Part shown: piece after piece, positions 53,200-64,000 of the stretch
Layout: each line of letters starts with the position of its first letter
How positions within the stretch are numbered: position 1 is the first letter of the stretch
Source: Cystobasidiomycetes sp. EMM_F5
Lineage: Eukaryota
Direction: 5' to 3'
DNA length: 64,000 bases
Assembly: GCA_051047955.1 (NCBI GenBank)
Contig: JBPGPT010000006.1
Location: forward strand, 124,001 to 188,000
The notes under the pieces: model-generated
Database searches by the model: none
What the model was told of the DNA's origin: nothing
Seen by the model: only the letters and a program-made list of their open reading frames with translations
Translations under genes and position numbers: made by a program

Positions 53200-54970
53200 A
53201 TGGCCAAAGGTCGACAAGGACAATGCTGTATCCGACCAACCATCTGTACGAGCAGTCTGCAATTCCTCCTATCGCTTCGCAGCATCCCTAAACCACGATG
53301 GACACCATCTGTGAGCCGCTGTCGTTACGGCTGCCCTGCTGCTCGCTGCTGGCTTCCAGGCGGTCGCACAGGGCAGCCGTGGATTCAGACAGACAACAGC
53401 TGATGGAGACGGCTTTGCAGGCGGATATTGCAGTCAGGACATTGTCACTGATGAAGACAACAAGCAGCATGGTCAGTTTCCTGATTGCAGACACTTTTGT
53501 GTTTTGTCCATCCTCTGCCCCTATGACGCGACTAGTATTCGGATTTTGAGGAGACTGATGCAAACCCCAGTTGATGATGGAGACAATGCTACTATTGATG
53601 CTGACATTCGTACTATCTACAGACAGTTGTCGCGTTGTTCAAGAAGTTCTACAGCAGTTGGATAAGCTCCGGTAGTTAGTTGCAGGGATTGCAGAGATGC
53701 AGCTGATTATCGACTCCATCACCGCAGACCTCTAGCATCCGATGCGGCATTCAAGGATGCAATTCAAGCAGTTCAAGATCTAGGCCGAGACATGGCGTCT
53801 AAAAAGATGCAAGCGCTAGCGGAGCCTGTATCGGACTCGACTGGCGGCCATGACGAGGAGATTGATACTCTAACGCACAACGCCCTTGCGGGTTTATTAA
53901 ACGGATTGACAATCGCGCTCTCCGATGCTGATCACTTCTCCACCTATTTTGGATTGTCGGATTCTGCAGACGACCAGCCGGCCAAAAAGGCCATCCTATC
54001 AACGATTACTTATATAGTCAGCTCTGCGGTCGTCGCCTGCAGCAGTCCCGTAATCCAGACACCAAACAGCATGGCGACGACTGTGTACCTGTTGCTGGAG
54101 CTCTCGGGTCAACGCAAGGGCCATGTCTTTCGACAGCACGGACTCGTCAGCTTCCAAAAGGCCGTCTTGGCCGAATCTGCTACTCTATACACCGAGCTGG
54201 TGCAGCTGAGCATCAATCGAAACTATTCCCTGGCCGCAAAAATCGATGAGCAGTTTCGCGTGCAGGCGAGCCAGGGCATCTCTGCCGGACAGTACCTAAA
54301 CAGAATCCGCAAAGATATTGTCGGCATCTGCGGCAACGGCAGTGACGTCCACGCTGTTCGTCTCATGTGTGCAGCGCTCAGCAACTACCGCAGCATTCAG
54401 TTGCTCGCATCCGACGAGGAAGAGTATGGCAAGACACTCCTCAAGGTGAAGAAGCCGCGTAAAGCAAAAGCGCAAAAGGTCGAACAGGATGAAGAGGAAC
54501 TGAACGGAGACTCGGCCCAAGTAAGCCAAGACACAAAGGTCAGCGGCAGCAACAAGCCTGCCAAAGGTCAAGGCAAAGGCAGAAGCAAAGGCAAGCGCCG
54601 GGTTTTGCTTGAATGATTCAGCTGCTAATACGTGTGTCTCGTTAGCTCCCGCAAAAGAACCAACAGGCCTCAAGACTATCACAGCTGACGATGCTGCTCT
54701 TGCCGAGCGTACTACCGTCGTCACCACACCTCCTCAGCAAGATGGGGGGGATGAGACCCTGGTCAACCCCGATTCCGTTCCGGAGCCTCAAAAAGGCAAA
54801 CGAAAACGAGATAGTGAAGACGACGGCGAGTTTGTGGCCCCCAAGCATACATCCGCTACTGCAGCGGGTGGGCCTCGTAGAGCTACGCGCGGGTCGAGAT
54901 TAAAGTACAGCGAATGTGAGTGTCGGAATGCTATGGACAGTTGAAAGGAGATTGATCTTCTATCGCAGAA
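53200..54970 (+). CDS. Orphan multi-exon protein with basic/acidic C-terminal tail (5' end uncertain)
   Basis: Main exon contains ORF 53792-54616; a GC-AG intron 54591-54645 joins ORF 54609-54944 in frame; NLS-like KKPRK and KGKRKR. Confidence 0.65.
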
Positions 54971-55865
54971 TCGCTTCTCTGCAGCTTGCGTGCCACGAGC
55001 TATTGCGCTGGCCTCTCTCTCTCTGTCGACTTCGCCCTGCCATCTCCGCTTTTTCCGGGGTATCTGCATTTTTCATCTCAAGCAACACTTTCGAACTTCT
55101 TCCTACCTCTTCAAGCCGGCTTTCGAATGGTGTATATCACGCAGCCGTCCGGGTGAGCCTGTCTGAACGATTAGCCTGCGCCTTTCAATCCAGCTACCTG
55201 TTAGATACGTTCAATCTCTGATGCAATTTATCAGTAGTGCAGAATATGCTGTGCAGCATGTACACTAGTCTGTAGCGATCCTTTGTACCATTATTCAATG
55301 CTGTGCTTCCAAGTCATCGCCTTTACCGACTGTTCTTGACCAGTCTCTTGCTCACACCAACTCGAGCTGTCTGGCAGTCACACTGCTGCGCCAAATCACT
55401 CCACCTGCAAGATACTCTATCACTGCAACATTACAAGCAATCCCTACTCATCGTCTGGTGGTGTAGACTGTTGTTTGCATCTGCGTACGATAACCTGACA
55501 ATATGACGGAGGGTCCAAGCTGACATGTCACACGTTTGTTCCCACTCCACCGCAGCAAATAACAATCTTTACGATTCCATCAAGTCTTCTATATCCCTCC
55601 CCTCCTTCGTCAGACTTGTGGTCACGCTCTCAGCATCACGCAGAGCTGGGCGCAAGTCTGACGAGGAATCACCAAACCACACGCTCTGTCACGGCTGCAC
55701 TCTCTGCATCACGCAGGGTCGGGCGTGATAGAAGCGTCTGTTCTCCTGCGCTCAACGGTTAATGAAGCGACTGGACCTCTACACTCAATCCTGCACATCC
55801 GGCTGCGTAAGTCTCGGTTGCTTGCTGTTGGGTCCGACTGTGCAAGCTGACGCGTATACAACAGA

Positions 55866-58800
55866 ATGGGAGTAGCTGGAGGGGCCAACTACTTGCGCAC
55901 ATGCAGTAGAGCTCGCAGGAATCAAACTGCCGCGGACCGCATCGAAATTCAGACATCCTCACCGACCCTCACCGACTCTATCCGAGCTTGCTGCAGAGCT
56001 TCTCATTCAAACAATGCTGGTATGTCGAGAACGGCTACTGCTTGCATGGATATTGTACTGACATCCTCGCCCACTGCAGACATCCTCATTGATGTTGCTG
56101 GCTCGTTTGGCCATCTATTCCACTCGCTCCCCAAGCAACACGGCATATTTGGCAGCGGAGCATTCTTTGCGCGGACAATCGACAGAAATGCAGAGACTAC
56201 CGAAGAAGATACTCGCAAGCGAATCAATACCCTGTTTACTGAACAAGTGAATGAAGCAGTACTCCAGCTCGCTCAGCAACTGCCACAGTCTCGCATAGTA
56301 TGTAATGTCATGCGCTCCTCTTTACGACTAGTCTAACAATCTCCATCAGTTTCTGTTTGTCGATAACAAGGACTTCGTCGGAAAGGCCAAACTCCAAACT
56401 TACTGCGAGCGACAGCAGCGCAAGGTCAAAGCTCAGCAATTTTATCGGGCTGCATATGCCGAAATCAATCAGCTGCACTTGGCTGCAGGTAAATAGATTC
56501 TATGCCGGTCCTATGTACTCGAGCTGACATGTTGCATCATCATTGTAGAAGCCTACAAGGCTCGAAGGACGGCTGGAGCTCCGATAGCCGAGGATGATTT
56601 CAAGACCGTCTACCGCCGTCATCTTCCCAAAAACAGGCAACGACGGCAGGAGAATCGCCGTAAAAAGATCCGACCACTCTTGCGCAAGCTGTTTGAGAAT
56701 GCTTGGGCGGTGTTTCGTCCACAGCTAGACACCGCACTGCTCACTCAGCAAACAGGGGCGGTTGTCTTGACAGAACATCTTAGCACAGGAAATCAGTCTT
56801 GGCGTACTGCCAACCCCCGCATAGCAGGCGCCGGTCCTCGCATTCGCCTCGTCAACTGCATCAGTGAAGCGGATCTTTCCATTTACAGCTACTGTCAAGC
56901 ATCGACACAAGTTCAGCATCGATTCCGCGTAGTAATCTCCAACGACAGCGACTATGCATATGTATTGAACGCACAGCAGCTTCAATACACCGTCTCATAC
57001 TACCGCTGGTTCCATCAGTCTCGCCGTCAATTGTCAAGCAAGCCATACACCTCCACCAGCCTTCTAGAACTCTCCAGGCAAACATCCTATTGGCCATGGC
57101 AGGATGACGAAGCAAGATGGCTGACGCTTTTGGTTGCTGGCCATGACTACGTGGTCGGAGGGCTGCTTGGCTTGGGTCTAGCAAAGTTAGCCAGTACGCG
57201 CGTCACTTGCACTGTGAGTAACCATTTCAGCAACTTTGTACAATACACTAATGTCTTTGAGTAATCAGGAGGATCTGGACACTATGTATGACCTTCTCAT
57301 CGAGCAAGAGCGACCGCTGTACCGCAGAGCGGCTTACCAGCTACAGCGCTCGTCCGACACTTTTGAAGCAGCTCTGCAAGTATTCCGTACGTTTACGCAT
57401 GTACAAGCAACGGAAGAGGATATCGCTCAAGCAACGGCAGCGCTCGAAGAAAACAAAACAAATAAACAGAAAAAGAAAAAGGGCAGTCCTCATGTCAACA
57501 TCGAGCTTCGCTTCAGGCCTTCGGCCGATGGTCACACCTCTGAGCCTCGTCCTACCCATGCGCAATCTATCCCCTACGCGAGAAGACCGTGCAAGACCGG
57601 CAATCTACATCTAGATCGCAAGCGACACCAAGCTTGGGTGTACAATTTCGAGACACCTGAAACAGATCGTCGCGATCTACTCGGACCAGATGAAGAGCCT
57701 GCATTGCGTGCCGAAGTCGAGTTTGATGACAATAAAACTGCTCGGCCTGAACGTCTCAAGCTGATGGCTGCTGGCAAAGGTTTCAAGCCAAAGGAACGTC
57801 GCGCTCAGACAGCTACTCAGATCGCGCAAGAAGAAGCGAATGCTCTTGCTGCCCTTGCTGCTGAAGATATCGCCGCCAAAGAAGATGCAAAGAATGAAGC
57901 ATCAGCTGGCGGTCGTCAAAATCTGCAAATCGTTGGCACAATCTACCCTATACGCTGCCACCGTCGCTTGCTCGCTTCCTCTCTCCAATCCTTCAGTCAA
58001 GATGGCGTCTTTCAAAAAGACAAGGCATTTCACGATCTTCTGCGCTTCCACTGCTTTTGCGTCCGCTTGGTGATCCGCAATCTCAATGCCCTATTCAAGC
58101 TGTACATGGCACGCTTGACAACTGTCCCTGCCAATGCCTTTCTCGCAACATTCCGCTTCGCGTTTGACACTTCCTCTAATCTTCAAGGCATTTATCGAGG
58201 CTTCATTCATCTACTTCAACTGGAACAGAACGTCAGATACGCCCAGTACACGGACCATCGACCGCTGGCAGAGGTCATCGAAGCGTATGCAGACCGTTGG
58301 GCTGCGATACAGAAACCTAACGCCGGCCAGGAAGCACAGTTACAAGTCAAACATGACTTGATAATGCGGCTCCGCAACATACCGGCAGATTTACTTCACG
58401 CTGCCGATGCAATAAAGTCGGACGTTCAAACAGACATTGTCATGCTTGAAGTCATCCGTGACACGCACGCAAGAGACATCTGCCGCATCTTTCCTGGGCG
58501 CACTGACGTGTTGATCGAAATTGCTCTGAAGAAGGTTCGGACAGCGTGGCTGCGTCAAGCACGTCGAGCTCCGTATATCATTACGCTCGATGGCGTATTC
58601 TACCAGCTGCTCGTCAATGACGATGCCTTCAATCCAACCGAGCTTGCTTTGAGAGATCTGCGAAAGTCTACTGTGGAGCGATTACGAGGCTGCATTCTGG
58701 AATCTGTTCATGGAGACAACGTCGACACCATTGAAAATTTGGACGACATACTAGAACCTCTCTCACCGGCAGCGCAAGTCTCCATCCGCGCCAAGCTTGT

Positions 58801-60956
58801 GCAGATTCTCATCCTGCGCAATCGTTTCGTGCCTGCTGTTCCAGACGCTGCTAGTCCTCCCACTCTCGACAGCATATTATGCGGACGCTGTACCAAACTT
58901 CAGTGTCCTGCCAAATTTGCAGTCCCTCTTTTTGGCGCTATTGGCCATGACTTTACGATAGTAAGCTGGTAAAGCGCAACCTCGGCGTGACTATGGCTGA
59001 TTGACTATACTGGCAGGACTACCAACCCAGCATGATACCATTTGATAGCGAAGCGTTATGGTGGCTTGTCAAATACGCCGCCAATCACATGCAAAACTTG
59101 GTGTCTTGGTTTCAGAAAGACTGGCTCGACTTCTCCTTGCTCTACCCATCTACCGACAATGGCGCATGCCTAAATCTGAGCAATAAATCTACACCTACGC
59201 TGCTGGAGAGCATGAATTGCTTCAATCATACGTCATACAAAGACCTGCACGCCAGCCCTGGTGTCAATCCTTGCCTCGAACTGGATCCTGCTTGGCTTGA
59301 GCGCCTTGCAAAGTGGACAGCAGCCGTAGAGAAAGTTTGGGCTATCAGAGACTCGGACAACATCCGCAGCAGTCGACTTCAGATCTTTGACGCCATCTTT
59401 ATGCACACTCTTCCCTCTGGCGAGATCTGGGCTGGTACGCTCGAGACTGATGGCGAAGAAGTAATCTTTCGGAGCATCGCCGTTACTCAAGGCTACATTG
59501 ACGACAAGCTAGTTGCCAAGATACAGCCAAAGTTACCGCGACCGCTCGAAGAATGCCGTGCCGATAGGGTGCTGGCTGAGATTCTCAAGGTGCCCAATAC
59601 ATTCAGCGACATACGGGACTTTGAGAAGACTACTGTTGTTGGAGTAGGCTATCGTCATTCGCCCAAGAACAGCCATCCTCAGAAGCAGCCTCAAGAAGGA
59701 GATAAGAATCTCTATAAAATCTTCACTACCTTACAATGGCTGTCTGGCAGACAAACGAAGCAAGACAGGAACGCTGCACCCGAGCCTGGCTCCCAATGGC
59801 ATGGACGACGCCCATTCGTCAAGCTTGCAAAGGAACCAAAGGAGGTCTCCACTCACAGAGGCCTTCCCAAGGACCTACCAATCTTGGATGCTCGTTCTGC
59901 CGACACTTTCCGCAAGGATCTCCATGCAGCCATGTTTGGTGCTGACACACCGTATGACGCGACCCTTGCTTGGCTGCCGCAAGTGAGAATGGTGGGGGAC
60001 GATCTCGGCGATGTCGCACCCAATGCTATCGCCATCAACTCACCCGCCCTGCCTCAAGCGGATGACGCCATGGAATGCGACCAGCCTGTCAATGACCTCT
60101 CCATCAACTCGTCACTCACAATGGTGATGAAAGCGAGTGGACTTCAAGAGATGATTCGAAGAGCGACTACGTACAAGCAATCACTGCGCAATCAGCACTA
60201 CATTCGCTTAGATCACCTTCGCCAACACCCTCGCTACCACACTCCTTTCTCACACGAATGGCGAATGCACTCTTTCCACGAAGAGTTGGTGCAATCTTCT
60301 ACAGCTTGGCTTACTCACTCTCACTTACGCAAGAACGAGCGTCGGGCGTATGAAGATCGATTCTATCAGCAGTTCAAGGATCTCGCATTTCCGACTCCCG
60401 AATCCCTGTCTCGTCCTATTCTCTTTGCAGTAGGCGACTCCTGTGGTTTCAATGCCAGAACAAGGAGCGCACCTCGCCATACCGCCGCATTTGCAAATCC
60501 TCTCTTCCGAGCACTCCGCAAGAAATGCATGGATAACAAGCTGCCGGTCATCTTCGTCATTGTCGATGAGGCCTACAGCAGCCAAGTCTGTCCAAATCCT
60601 GACTGTTTCAATGAGGAGCACCCTATATGGCGAGCAGGAGTTGAGTTCGACAAGCGTGGAGAGCGTTGTTTGTCGAAGAAGGGCAGAGACGTGCCGGATG
60701 AAATGGTACGAGTGGCACGGAGCCGGTATGTCATATACATCTAACTGACTCACGACTACAAAACTGATGATACTATCCCTACAGGCTCTTCAAAGCGTAC
60801 TACAAGGGCACACTAGACCAATGTCTGCGAGTTCTCCAGTGCGAGACATGCAAGACGGTCTACCACCGCGATGCTGCTGCCGGCATGAATATAGCATTCA
60901 TCGGCTGGCATATCCTCCGTTTTGGGAGGCACCCATGGCGATACGTAGAGGTATAG
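55866..60956 (+). CDS. Fanzor/TnpB-like RuvC nuclease fused to an N-terminal FEN1/XPG-type (PIN) nuclease domain, about 1602 aa
   Basis: Exons 55866-56297, 56350-56488, 56549-57213, 57269-58960, 59017-60725 and 60785-60956 join in frame through five GT-AG introns. C-terminus: TLETDG, MVGDDLG, FAVGD, VDEAYSSQVCPNPDC, CETC...HRDAAAGMNI. N-terminus: MGVAG, LIDV, FLFVD...K-x6-R, SEAD, NDSD, GHDY...GLLGLG. Confidence 0.88.
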
Positions 60957-61060
60957 CCATAGGGTGAACATGATAAAAGTGACACGCCGAGCCGCACTTG
61001 TGGTGTATAACGCTCGCGCGCAGCCTGTATGGTAGCATTCCTGTTGTAGTGTAAAGAAAG
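60956..61060 (+). ncRNA. Candidate omega-RNA (guide scaffold) of the Fanzor-like gene; 3' end unknown
   Basis: Nested stems directly after the stop codon: CCATA/GGG (60957-60964) with CCT-G-TATGG (61024-61032), and CGCCGAGC (60985-60992) with GCTCG-C-GCG (61012-61020). Position matches where TnpB/Fanzor omega-RNAs lie. Confidence 0.5.
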
Positions 61061-61190
61061 ACATTGCGGATATCTTCGGCAAGTGGGCGATACAAATCAG
61101 GAACAGCGCCATCATGATTCTATCAGCAGCCAGCAGTTCCCCCTCAACCAATTGACGGATTGGCGTACATCACCTTGAAGACTCTGCAAC

Positions 61191-63606
<2,416 letters not shown>

Positions 63607-63700
63607 TCTGTCTAATCATAAGAATGGCAACATATTCAAATAGTCTCTAGGTGAGACAGCGTCAGAACGTCTGTACCTTTGTGACAATGCTGAGATTTGT

Positions 63701-64000
63701 CTAGCACGCCCAGCCGCCACAGTGGGAGGTATTGGTAAATCGAGCACTGTTTGATACGAGGTCCCAGCGCACTGTGCTGTTTGCGCAATATTCTGTGCCC
63801 AGCGGACCGTTACCACCTGTCGTGGAATTAGGTGCTGTCAAGCATACGTTGCCGTTAGCTGCGGCGAGTCCCAGGATAATCTTGCAGCTTTTGGCGAAAA
63901 ACTTATCGTTCGGCCGGCCCTAATGATGGATAGTCAACAAGACATCTTTCAGCTGATGCGTCAAGCTGCGCAAAATACTACTGACCTCGCACTGCAGCGT
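63701..64000 (-). CDS. Possible 3' end of a gene entering from beyond the window
   Basis: After an acceptor-like ATTAG near 63921 an open frame reads ...GNVCLTAPNSTTGGNGPLGTEYCANSTVRW...CGGWAC*; function not recognised. Confidence 0.3.

Larger units (their letters stand above)
48450..61080. mobile_element. Putative accessory island / Fanzor-bearing element (boundaries not defined)
   Basis: Block of orphan genes, repeats and a Fanzor-like gene lying between ordinary genes. No transposase, TIR or TSD identified. Confidence 0.3.

Noticed and set aside
60767..60967. Track ORF MILSLQALQ... as the last exon of the Fanzor gene
   Set aside because: Wrong frame; splicing 60725 to 60785 gives the frame containing CETC and HRDAAAGMNI.
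61030..61060. Helitron 3' end after the hairpin downstream of the Fanzor gene
   Set aside because: No CTRR terminus at the expected distance and no Rep/helicase gene in the window.
48515..61076. Possible terminal inverted repeat: ATTTGCTTCGCCCA near 48520 versus the reverse complement ATTTGTATCGCCCA near 61085-61098 (just past this span)
   Set aside because: Short and mismatched, with no target-site duplication seen; compatible with chance.

Overview
Gene-dense fungal (basidiomycete-like) DNA with short GT-AG introns. Recognisable housekeeping genes are the SNF1 beta subunit, KAE1, LAT1, CSL4, MSS1, a GST-like gene, SED5, a Zn-dependent dehydrogenase, PSO2/SNM1 and PUT2. Two accessory regions stand out. 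The first (16-26 kb) is a tandem array of three F-box paralogs, one frameshifted, plus a relic tail and an intronless DUF924-like gene. The second (about 48.5-61.1 kb) ends in a six-exon gene (55866-60956, about 1602 aa when spliced by hand) that the ORF track shows only in pieces. Its C-terminus has Fanzor/TnpB-type RuvC and Zn-finger motifs, and its N-terminus has a FEN1/XPG-type nuclease motif set. A structured non-coding segment follows the stop codon (candidate omega-RNA). Upstream lie orphan genes, a divergent Zn2Cys6 gene, three related intron-like repeats and a 17-bp-periodic heptamer array. I found no transposase and no convincing element ends. All calls come from manual reading and motif recognition; no searches were run.
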